Assembly: GCA_965206445.1 (NCBI GenBank)
Contig: CBDBJR010000002.1
Location: 2,417,469 to 2,481,468, forward strand
Direction: 5' to 3'
DNA length: 64,000 bases
Source: Candidatus Poriferihabitaceae bacterium
GTDB taxonomy: Bacteria > Pseudomonadota > Gammaproteobacteria > Arenicellales > Poriferihabitantaceae
The position numbers and the translations under genes are program-made. Of the stretch, positions 47,101-59,100 are shown piece by piece; positions within the stretch are counted from its first letter, which is position 1, and the number at the start of each line of letters is the position of its first letter. The notes below the pieces were generated by a model. The model searched no databases, had not been told where the DNA came from, and saw only the letters and a program-made list of their open reading frames with translations.

Positions 47101-50100
47101 GCGCCCAGCCGCGGCCCGCTGATGGTGACGGCAAACGTGGCGCTGGCCGGGCCGACGCTGTCGCTGGCGGTGTAGGTCAGCAGCACCGGGTCGGCGGCGA
47201 CGGTCGGCGTGCCGGACAGCCTGCGCCGGTCCGGGTCAAACGTCAGCCCCGGGATGGCGCTCGCCAGCGCGGTCGGCCCGTCGACGCCGAGCGGCCCGGT
47301 CAGCGTATAGCGCGGCGACTCGCCGGTGACGCTGCGGCTGACCGCCGGCAGCACCAGCGCGTCAATCGGACGGCCCACCGGCCAGGTCTGCGCGCGCGGC
47401 ATCTCCAGCAGCCGCGGGCCGTCGACGGTGACCGTGAACTGCGCAGTCGTGTCTCCAAAAACCAGGGAGTCGGGAACCGACTCGCGGACAATGTAGTTCA
47501 GCACCGTGCTGCCGGCCGTGACCGGCGTGCCGGTCAGCCGGCGGCTGTCCGGGTCAAACGTCAGCGCCGGGTCAAACGTCAGCCCCGGCAGCGCGTCCAG
47601 CGCGACGCCGTTGGGGCCGGTCAGCGTGTAGGCCAGCACCCTCCCGGGGTCGCTCGGCGTGGCCATCGGCAGCAGCAGATCAATCGGCACACCAGACGGC
47701 CATTTTTGATTGGTCACCGCCACCGTCGGGCCGACGACCACGAAGTCGAAGATGCGCGTGGCGGTGCCGGTTAGTTCGCTGTCAGTACTGATCGCGGCAG
47801 TGGCCGTGTAGGTCAGCGTCGTGGTGCCGGCGACCAGCGGACTGCCACTCAGTTGCTGGGAGGACGGGTCAAACATCACCCCGGCGGGTGGCGGGCCGCC
47901 GTTCGGGCCGGTCAGCGTGTAGGTGACGTCAACATTATTGGGGACAACGGCCATCGGCAACGTCTCGGTGCTGCCGGTGCCGGCAAAAAACAGCACATTC
48001 TCCACTGCCGCCAACACCGGGCCCTGGATTCGTATTTCAAACTCGGTCGAGGTGGTGCCGCGGCTATCGGTCGCGGTGTAGGTCAGCACCTGCGCCGCCA
48101 GGGTGCCAGAGAGCGGCGTGCCGAACAGAACACGGTTATCCGGGTCAAACGCCAGCCCCGGCAGCACCGCCGCCAGCGCCACCGGGTCGCCGAGGTCGTC
48201 GTCCGGGCCGGTCAGCGTGTAGGCTACCTCGCCGTCGGCATTGGTGGCCGGCGGCAGCACCCGCAACACCGGCCTGCCGGCTATCGGCGTAAAAAGGTCC
48301 AGCGACGGCAGGGCCAACGGCAGGTCGACAGTGGCGGTGGCGGTAACCGTAGCGGTCGCGGTGCCGACGTCGTCGGTGGCGCGGTAGGTCAGCTCCACGC
48401 TGCCGCCGTTGATCGGGGTGCCGAACAGGATGCGGCTGTCCGGGTCAAACACCAGCTCCGGCAGCGCCTGCGCCAGGGCGATGCCGCCCGGCCCGGTCAG
48501 CGTGTAGCGCACGCGGCCGCTGCTGCGCTCGGCCGCCGGCAGCGGTGGCTGCGTCGGCAGCGCGACGCCGGTCGGAAAGCGCAGCGCGACCGGCGCCGCC
48601 AGCGTCGGCCCGTTGACGGTGACGGCAAACGGCACGCTGGCGGTGCCGACGCGGGCGGTGGCGGTGTAGTGCAGCATGACCGCGTCGCTGCCGCCGGCCG
48701 GGGTGCCGGACAGGAGGCGCGTGGCCGGGTCAAACCTCAGCCCCGGCAGCACGGTCGCCAGCGCCGCGCCGTCCGCCGCGGTCAGCGCATAGTCGGTGGC
48801 GCCGTCGTCGTTGGTCGCCGCCGGCAGCGTCAGGCTGACGGCGCTGCCGGCGGTCAGCACCGGCACCGCCGACGTCGGCAGCTGCGGCCCGACGATGGTG
48901 AAGTCAAAGTGCACCGTGCTGCTGCCGCTGTCGTCGGTGGCGCCGCCGTCGCCGCTCTCGGTGGCGGTGTAGGTCAGTGTCACCGGGCTGACGCCGACCG
49001 TCGGGGTGCCGGTCAGCATGGGCGCCGCGGGGTCGGGGTCAAACCTCAGCCCCGGCAGCACACTGCCGACGGCGGCGCCGTCCGGCCCGGTCAGTGTATA
49101 GGTCAGCCTGAACGCAGTGCCGTCGGTGGTGGTGGCGTCGGTGGCCGTCGGCAGCGCCAGCGCCAGCGCTCTGCCGACGACGGTGCTGGTGTCGACGCCG
49201 CGCAACGTCAGCGTCGGGCCGGTGCGGTTGATCCGGACGGTGAAGCGCTGCGTGGCGACGCCGACGGCGTTGATGGCGGTATAGACCAGCGTAGCGGTGA
49301 CATCCTCGGCCTCGGCGCTGCTGTCGAGCAGGGTCAGCTGCCCGGTCAACCGGCGGCTGGCGGCGGTATAGGTCAGCGCCTCCACCGCGAGTGCCGTGGC
49401 CACCGGGATGCCGCCGACGCCGGTCAGCGCGTAGTCGGTCGCGCCGTCGTCATCCAGGGACAGCGGCACCGGGGCCAGCGGCAGCGTGAGGTCGATCTCC
49501 ACGCCGGCGGCATAGGTGCGATCGAGCAGCGGCGGTAACCCTGGCCCGGCGACCGTCACGTCCACGGTGTGCACAACGGTGCCGTCGTCGTCGCTGGCGA
49601 CATAGACCAGCGCGACCGGCGTGATGCCGGTGCCGTTGAGCGGCACGCCGGACAGGGTGCGGCTGACCGGGTCAAACGACAGCTCCGGGAGTCTCTCCGC
49701 CAGCGTGCTCCCGCTCGGCCCGAACAGCGCATAGGTGGTGGTGCCGTCGTCGTTGTCGGCCGCCGCCAGCCGGTCGTTGACCGGCGTGCCGGCGGTATAG
49801 GTCAGCGCCGCCGGGGCGCGCAGCTGCGGGCCGGCGACGGCAACGTCAAAGGTGACGCTGACCGGGCCGAGGTCGTCGGTGACGGTGTAGGTCAGCGTCA
49901 GCGCGGCGCCGATGGTCGGCCGGCCGGACAGCACCTGTGTGGCCGGCGCAAACGCCAGCCCCGGCAGCACCGCGGCCAGCGCGGCGCCGGCCGGGCCGGT
50001 CAGGGTGTAGGTCGGCGGGCTGGTGGCGCCGGTGGCGGCCGGCAGCGTCAGTGATTCAATCGCGACGTTGACGCGCCAGGTCTGATCCGCCGGCGCGGCC

Positions 50101-53100
50101 AGCTGCGGGCCGGTGACGGTGACCACAAACGTGACGCTGGCGGTGGCCGCGGCCAGCGTGGCGGTGGCCGGGTCGGTGGCGGTGTAGGTCAGCGTGGTGG
50201 CGCCGGTGGTGGTCGTGGTCGGGGTGCCGGACAGGATGCGCATCACCGGGTCAAACGTCAGCCCCGGCAGCGCCACGGCCAGCGGGATGCGAGTCGCTGC
50301 GGTGGCGCCGTCCGCCGGCACGGTCGCACTCAGCGCGTAGACGGTGTCGGCGCCGGCGGCGGCGGTGGCCGGCAGCGTCAGCGGCGTGATGGCGGTGCCG
50401 AGCGTATAGGCCGGCGGCGTGGCCGGCGCGCTCAGGGTCGGCCCGATGACGCTGACGGTGAGCGCCTGCGCGGCGCTGCCGATGGCGTCGGTGGCGGTGT
50501 AGGTCAGCACCACCGGCGCGGCGGTGCGCGCGCTCGGGGTGCCGGACAGCGTCCGCGCCGCGGGGTCAAACGTCAGCCCCGGCAGCCGTGTCGCCAGCGC
50601 GGCACCGCCGGCGGCGGTCAGCGTGTAGCCGGTCGCGCCGAGCACGTCGGTGGCCACCGGCAGCGTCAACGGCGGCAGCGGGCTGCCGAGTGCCAGGCTG
50701 CGCGGCGGCAGCGCGGCCAGCTGCGGCCCGCCGCTGACGGTGACGGTGAAGACGCCGGTGGCGGTGCCGTCGTCGGCGGTCGCGGCGGTGTAGGTCAGCG
50801 TGGTGACACCGGTCGCGCTCGGCTGGCCGCTCAGCGTGCGGCTGGACGGGGTGAAGGTCAGCCCCGGCACCGCGACCGCCACGTTGCGACCGGTCGCGTC
50901 GGCCAGGCGGTAGGTGACAGCGCCGGTGACGCCGATGGCCTGCGGCAGGATGACCGTGCCCAGCATGCGGTCGCGCCGCCAGGCGCGGTCCGGCAGCCCC
51001 AGCGGCGGCAGCGACGGCCCGACCACGGTGAGTGTGAAGCTGACGCCGACGGTGCCGGCGTCGTCGCGGGCGGTGTAGGTCAGCGTGACCGCGGCGACGG
51101 TGGCCGGGGTGCCGCTCAGCCTCCGGGTGGCGGCGTCAAACGTCAGCCCGGGCACGCTGACCGCCAGCGGGCTCGGGTTGTCGTCGGCGTCGGGCGGCCC
51201 GGTCAGCGTGTAGCGCACGTTGCCGGTCGGGTTGTCAACCGGCGGCAGCGTCAGCGTCGGCGGCAGCGGGTTGCCGACCAGATAGACCTGGGCCACCGGC
51301 GCGGTCAGCGTCGGCCCGGTGACGCTGACATCAAACTGCACCCGGGTGGCGACACGGCGGGGGGGGTTGAAGAACCTGTCTGTGGTGGTGACGACCCAGG
51401 TCAGCCGCACCGGCCGCTCGGTGACCGTGGTCGGGGTGCCGATCAGCCGGCGCTGGTCAACCTCCAGCGTCAGCCCCGGCAGCGCGGTCGCCAGCGTGGC
51501 CTCCACCAGCGGCAGCTCCTCCGGTGCGTCCATGCCGTCGGGTTCTGTCTCGGGCGGCTCCGGGCGCACTTCGACCCGTAGCGTGTAGTCAATGCTGTCG
51601 GCCTCGCTGTCGATAGTGTCGATCAGCGGCAGCGCAAACACCAGCGGCTCACCCACCGGCCAGCGCTGGTCGGCCAGCGGCGCCAGCCGTATCCCGGTGA
51701 CCGTGTAGGCAAAGGTCCGGGTCACGCTGCTGACCGCGTCGGTGGCGGTGTAGTGCAGCAGCACCGGGTCGGCGCTGGCGAGCGGCGTGCCGGACAGCAT
51801 GCGCAGCGCCGGGTCAAACCTCAGCCCCGGCGCCACCGCCGCCAGCGCAACGTCGCCGCCGGTCAGCGTGTAGGTCGGCACGCCGGCACCGCCGGTGGCC
51901 GACGGCAGGCGCTGCGGCAGGATCGGCAGGCCCACCGGCCAGCTCTGCGGCGGCGGCGACGCCAGCCGCAGCACGGCGACGGTGACCGCAAAGCGGGTGC
52001 GCGCGGTGCCGACGTCGTCCGTGACGGCATAGACCAGCGACAACCGGCCGGGGGTGGTCGGCGTGCCGCTCAGCCTGCGCAGCGCCGGGTCAAACGTCAG
52101 CCCCGGCACGCTGGCCGCCAGCGCGGCGCCATCCGGCCCGGTCAGGGTGTAGGTCGCCGCGTCGGTCAGGCCGCTGGCCTGCGGCAGCGTCAGCGCGGGG
52201 ATGGCGACGCCGGGCGCGTAGCGCTGCTCGACCGGCGGCGCCAGCGTCGGCCCGGGGACGGTGACCAAAAAGCGCACCGTCGCCGCGCCGGCGCGGTCCA
52301 CCACCCGGTAGCGCAGCCGCACCGGCGCCACAGCGACGCTCGGGGTGCCGGTCAGCACGCGGGTTTCGGGGTTAAACGCCAGCCCCGGCAGCACCGCCGC
52401 CAGCGGCCGGCCATCGTCCGCAGTCAGCGTGTAGCGCGCCGGCAACTGCACGTGCTCCGCCGTCGGCAGCAGCAGCCGGTCGATTGGCTGCCCGACCGGC
52501 CAGATCTGATCGCCCGGCGAGCGCAGCGCCGGGCCGGCCACGGTGACGGCGAAAGTGGCCGTGGCGTCGCTCAACGCGTCGGCCACCGCATAGCGCAGCG
52601 TGACCGCGCTGCCGGTGCCGGCGAGCGGCGTGCCGGTCAGCGTGCGCGTGGCCGGCGTAAAGGTCAGCCCCGGCACCGCCGCCGCCAGCGCAATCGGCTC
52701 GCCGTCGGCGCCGAGCGGCCCGCTCAGCGTGTAGGTCGGGACGCCGTCGGTGTCGCTGGCGGCGGGCAGCGTCAGCGCGGGGATGGCGACGTCAACGGTG
52801 TAGCGCTGCGCCGCCGGCGCGGTCAGCTGCGGGCCGGTCACGCGCAGCACAAACGTGGTCGTGGCGATGCCGACGGCGTCGGCCGCGGTGTAGGTCAGCG
52901 TGGTGCTGCCGTCGGTGGTCGGGGTGCCGCTCAGCAGCCGGCCCGACGAGGCAAACGCCAGCCCCGGCACCGCCGCCGCCAGCGCGGTCGGCACACCGGC
53001 GGCGTCGGGCGGCCCGGTCAGCGTGTAGCGCACGCCACCGATCGGGTTGTCGGCCGGCGGCAGCGACTGGCTGACCGGGCGGCCGCGGCCCAGCGTCAGC

Positions 53101-56100
53101 GTGGCCGGCGGGCGCAGACTCGGCCCGGGGACGGTGACCTCAAGCTCGGCGGTGATGACGCCGAGGGTGTCGGTGGCGGTGTAGGTCAGCAGCACCGGCG
53201 CGCCGACGGCGGTCGGGGTGCCGGACAGCGTGCGCGTGGCCGGCGCAAACGTCAGCCCCGGCAGCAGCGCGCCGACCGCCTCGCCGGCCGGCCCGGTCAG
53301 CGTGGTGATGGTGGCGCCGATCGGGTTGATGGCCGGCGGCAGCACCAGGCTGGTGGTCCGGCCGACCGGGAACGCCGCCGGATTCAGCGGCGGCAGGCCG
53401 GGGCCGACCACGGCAATGCTGAAGCGCGCGAACGCGCTGCCCTGGTCGTCGGTCGCGCGGTAGGTCAGCAGCTGCGGCGCGGCGGCGGCGCGCGGCGTGC
53501 CGGACAGCCGGCGGCCGGTCGGGTCAAACGTCAGCCCCGGCAGCAGCGCGCTGACCGACGCGCCGGCCGGCCCGGCCAGCGTGTAGGCGGTCGGCCCGAT
53601 AATGTCGGTGGCCAGCGGCAGCGTCAGCGTCGCGGGCAGCGCGCGGCCGACCGCAAAGACCTGGTCGGACGCACTCAGCGCCGGCGCCGGCGGGGTGACG
53701 GTGACCCGAAAGTCGGTCTGCGTGCGGCCGACGTCGGCGGTGCTGACGGCCCAGGTCAGCACGGTGGTGCCGACCGTGGTCGGGGTGCCGGTCAGCGTGA
53801 GCGACGCCGGGTCAAACGTCAGCCCCGGCACGCTGGCCGCGAGCGCGGCACCGGCGGCACCGGTCAGCGTGTAGGTGGCGCTGACGCCGGGGTCGAGATT
53901 CCGGGCGACCGGCAGTGTCAGCGCCGTAATCGGGCGCCCGGCCGGGTAGCTCTGGCCGGCCGGCGCGTCCAGCTGCGGGCCGGCCACGGTGACGTCAAAG
54001 TGCACCGTGACGGTGTTGACGTCGTCGGTCACGGTATAGGTCAGCGTGATTGCAGCGGCGCCGGCGGGTGGCGTGCCGGTCAGGATGCGGGTCGCCGGGT
54101 CAAACGTCAGCCCCGGCACCCCGCGCAGGTCGCGGCCATTCGGCCCGGTCAGTATAGTGATGGCGTCGCCGGTCAGGTGGGTGGCCGCCGGCAGCAACTG
54201 CGGCGCCAGCGGCAGGCCGGACACCAGATTCAGTGCGGCCGGCGCGACCAGCCGCGGGCCGAAGATGGTGACGTCGAACCTGACCTCGGTGAATTCGTCG
54301 GTGGTGACCGAGTAGATCAGCGTGACCGGGTCGGCGGCCCGCTCCGGGGTGCCGGACAGCACCCGGGTGTTGCTGTCAAACGTCAGCCCCGGCACCGCGG
54401 TCGCCACCGGCCTGAGGATCCCCTCTTCGTTGAAGTTCAGGCTGATGATGGTGGCGAGGAACGGGTGATCGGCGTTGGTGGGCGCCGGCAGCGTCAGCGG
54501 CGTAATCGGGCGGCCAGCCGGCCAGCGCTGATTGCCCGGTGCGGTCAGGGTCGGCCCGCCAGCGCGCACCTCAATCTCAAACCGGGCGCGGCTGCTGCCG
54601 ACCCGGTCGGTGGCGGTGTAGACCAGGGACACGATGGGGCTGTCCAGCTCCGGGGTGCCGGACAGGATGCGGGTCGCCGGGTGGAACACCAGCCCGGGCA
54701 TCAGGAGGTTGACCGGCAGGCCGCTCACACCGGTCAGCGTATAGACCGGGGCGGTGCTGTCGGTGGCCTGCGGCAGTGTGACCGGGGTGATGGCGATGCC
54801 GACCGTGAAGCTGTGGTCGCCCAGCGGGGGCAGCCGCGGCCCGGCGACGCTGACGGTAAAGCGCCGCACCGAGACGGCCCTCGACGCGGCGCCGTCCTCG
54901 GTGGTGCCGGTCTCGATGGCACGGTAGGCCAGCGTCACCGGGTCGGCGGCGACCGCCGGGCTGCCGGACAGGATGCGGGTCGCCGGGTCAAACGTCAGCC
55001 CCGGCACCGCAGTCGCCAGCGGGCCGCCGGCGGCGGCGGCGGTCAGCGTGTAGCGGGTGGTGAACGCGGCCATGCCGGCGGGCAGACTGACCGCCGGCAG
55101 GGTCAGGTTGACCGTCTCGCCGGTCACGAAATCCTGATTATCGACCGCAGCCAGCCCCGGCCCGATGATGGTCAGCATGAAGTCGAAATCGACCGCGACG
55201 CCGGCGTCGGTGACGGTATAGCGCAGCGGGGTCACCTGCTCGCGCCCGGGGCGGTCGTTGGTGTCGACGGTGCCGAACAGCAGCCGGTTGACCGGGTCGA
55301 AGCGCAGCCCGGGCGGCAGCGCACCGCCGGCGACGACGGTCAGCGCGTAGCGGGCGCCGGCACTGACGCCGGCGGCCGGCGGCAGCGCCAGCGCCAGCGG
55401 CACGCCGACGAATCGGGTCAGGCCGTCCGCAACCAGCGCGACCAGCGCCGGCGTCGCGCGCGGCCCGGCGATGGTGACGGTGAAACGGTGCGTGGTGGTG
55501 CCGCTGTCGTCGATGACGATGTAGCGCAGCGTCACCGGCGCGGCGGGGGTGGTCGGGGTGCCGGACAGCGTGCGCGTCGCCGGGGTAAAGGTCAGCCCCG
55601 GCACCGCGTCCGCCAGCGGGGTGTCGAGGTCCGGGCCGGCCAGCCGGTAGACGGTGGCGGCGGTCGGGTTGGTGGCGGCCGGCAGCACCAGATCGACGGC
55701 GACGCCGGCCGGCAAGCGCAGATCGCCCGGCGGCGTGGCCTGCGGGCCGGTGACGGTGAGGTCAAAGGTGGTGGTGGCGATGCTGAGGCTGTCGCCCGCG
55801 CTGCTGCGGCCGGAATAGGTCAGCGTCACCGGGTCGGCGGCGATCGGCGGCGTGCCGATCAGGGTGCGGCTGTCCGGGTCAAAGCGCAGGCCGGGCGGCA
55901 GCCCGCCGTCCGGGCCGGTCAGCGTGTAGGCGATGGCGCCATAACCGGTGGTGCGGCCGGGGATGGTGAGACCGGCCGGCAGCACGGTTTGAAACGGCAC
56001 CGGCTGGCCGGCCGACAAGCGCAGAGCGGCCGGCTGCGGCAGCCGCAGCCCGCTGGTTCTGAGCACGACCAGCGCCGTGGCGGTGCTGACGCTGCCGGTG

Positions 56101-59100
56101 GCGGTGTAGCGCAGCGGCACGTCAACGAAGGTCAGGTCGGCTTCACGCCCTTCGACCTCTGCGCCGGGCGCCGGGCGGTTGCGCAGCGTGCCGGACAGGG
56201 TGCGGCGGTCCGGGTCAAAGCGCAGCCCGGGCAGCAGGTCGCCCAGCGGCTGACCGTCCGGGCCGGTCAGCGTGTAGACCACCGGCTCGGTGGCGTCACG
56301 CTGACCACGGCCACCCGGCAGCGTCAGGGCTCTGATGGCCCCGTCGGCGTCGGTCGAAAGGGGAATAACTCCCCCCGTCACCCCCAGCCCGGGGATGGTC
56401 GCGTCAAACCTGACCGTCGCGGTGCCGCTCGCGTGGTCGGCGGCATACAACAAGGTGATCGGGTCCGGGGAGCCGTTGGTCGGGGTGCCGGACAGCGCGC
56501 GCGTGGCGGAGTCAAAGGTCAGCCCCGGCGCCGCCTCCGCCAGCGGGGCGCCGTCGCCGCGCAGCAGATGGTAGCTGATCGCGCCGGTGACGCCGGTGGC
56601 CATCGGCAGCACCTGATTGACCGGCACGCCGACCGGCCAGACCGCCGGCGGCGGGGCGGTCAGCTGCGGCCCGGCGCCGAAGACCGTAATGGTGAACCGG
56701 GTGCTGGTGGTGGTCCGCTCGTCGGTCGCGCTGTAGGTCAGCGTGCGCGTGCCGACAAAATCGGGGAAGCCGGTCAGCGTGCGCGTGCCGGTGCGCGGCG
56801 TAAACTCAAACACCAGCCCCAGCGCGTTGTCCTCCACGGCCAGGTCGGTGCCGTCCGGGCCGGTCAGCGTGTAGGCCACCGGGCCGGTGGCGTCGCGGGC
56901 CGCCGGCAACGACACATCGTCGATCGCGCCAGCCACGTTAAGCGCCGCCTGCGTATAGTGCCGGTTGGCCGGGGTCGGCAGCCGCAGCCCGGTGATGGTG
57001 ACGTCAAACGTAGTCGCCACGGTGAGGTCCTCGTCGTGGGCGGCGGGGGTGGCGGTGACGGCCAGGGTCAGCGTCACCGGGTCGGTGAGGGTGGTCGGCC
57101 GACCGGACAGCGTGCGCGTCGCGGGCGCAAACACCAGCCCCGGCACCGCCTGCGCCAGCGGGATGCCGCCCGGCCCGGTCAGGGTGTAGACCGCCTCGAC
57201 GTCCGGGTCCGGCGGGTCGGCGGTGGTGTCGGTGACCGTCGGCAGCACCAGCGGGTCGATGGCGACGCCGGCCGGCCAGCTTTGATCCGCCGCGGCGCCC
57301 AACTGCAGGCCGCTGCCGATGAGGTCAAACTGCACCGTGACGGTGTCGACGATTGCGCCGCGGAAGGGGTCGATGAAGGTGTCGATGGCGGTGTAGTCCA
57401 GCGTCACCGGGTCGGTGGCGGCGCTGGTCGGCGGGCTGCCGGACAACTGTCTGTCGGAAAATCCTATCCACGACGGCAGCGGGCCGCCGTCCGCGCGGGT
57501 CAGCGTGTAGCGGACCGTGCCGCGGACACCACTGGCACTGGGCAGCACGGCCTGGACGAGGGCGCCGAAGGCGCGGAAGGGGAGCGTACCGTCGCTGATA
57601 TCCTCCCCCAGCGACAGCCGCAGGCCGCTCACGCTGAGCGTAAACGACACCGCAACGGTGCTGATGTCGTCGCGCACGGCGTAGACCAGCGTCACCTGGC
57701 CGGCGGCGTCGGTCGGGGTGCCGGACAGCACGCGCGTGTCCGGCGTAAAGGTCAGCCCCGCCAGCGCCTCGGCCAGCGGCAGGCCGCCCGGCCCGGTCAG
57801 CGTGTAGGTCGGGATGCCGGCCAGATTGGTGGCCCTCGGCAGCGTCAGCGGACGGATGGGCTGTCGGACCGGATAGGTGACGTCGCGCGGCGGGCGCAGC
57901 TGTGCGCCGGCGACGCGGATGGTAAAGACCGCGTCGGTGGTGCCGCTGTCGGCGGTGACGGTGTAGGTCAGCGTGACGTTGGCGGCGACGGCGGGGGTAC
58001 CGGACAGCGTCGGCACCGGTGTGGCGGTCGAAAACACCAGCCCCGGCAGCAACTCGCCGACGCCGGTGCCGGCGGCGTCGGTCAGCGTGTAGGTCAGCGT
58101 GGTGCTGGCGGCGACGGCGGTGGCGACCGGCAGATCGAGAAACGGGATCTGCTGGCCGACCACATAGCGCTGGTCGGGCGGGGTGGCCAGCTGTGGCCCG
58201 AAGACAAACACGACCAGGCCAACCTGGTCGCGGGAGACACTGTCTTCGGCGGTGTAGACCAGCTCGAGCCGGGGCAGTATGCGGCCGGCGCGCGGCTGAC
58301 CGGACAGCACGCGGCTGGTGACATCAAACACCAGCCCCGGCACCAGCTGGTCGACGGCGGTGCCGGCGGCGTCGGCCAGCGTGTACGTGACCGCGCCGGT
58401 GGTTTCGGTGGCCGCCGGCAGCGTCAGCGGCGTGATCGCCTGCCCGGCGGCATAGACCAGCGACGGCAGCGGCGGCAGCGCCAGCACCAGCCCGTCGACG
58501 GTGACGTCAAACCGCACCGCGACCGCGCCGGCGTTGTCGCGCGCGGTGTAGACCAGCGTGCTGGTGCCGCGTTGCTGCGGCCGGCCGGACAGCACGCGGC
58601 TCGAGGCCCTGAAGCGCAGCCCCGGCGGCAGCGGCCGGCCACCGAGGCCGGTCAGCGTGTAGGCCGCGGCGCCGGTCAGCCCGGTCGCCTGTGGCAGTCG
58701 CAGCGTGCGGATGCGGCGGCCCAGCTGCCAGCGCTGGTCGGCCGGCGGGGTCAGCTGCGGGCCGGTGATGGTGATGCTGAACTCCACCGTGGCGGTGCCG
58801 ACGTCGTCGCTGGCGGTGTAGCGCAGCCGGACCACGCCGACCACGGTCGGGGTGCCGGACAGCAGGCGGCTGGCCGGGGTGAACACCAGCCCGGTGGCCG
58901 CGCTCAGGCTGCCGCCGGCGACGGTGGTGAGCGCGTAGCGGACGTCGCCCCGGCTGTCGGCGGCGCGCGGCAGCAGCAGCGGGTTGATCTCGCTGCCGGC
59001 GGCGATTTCCAGATCGTCCGGGGCGGCCAGGCGCGGGCCGGCCACGGTGACGCGGAAGGTGGTGCGGGCGGCGGCGATGCTGTCGACCACGCCGTAGGTC

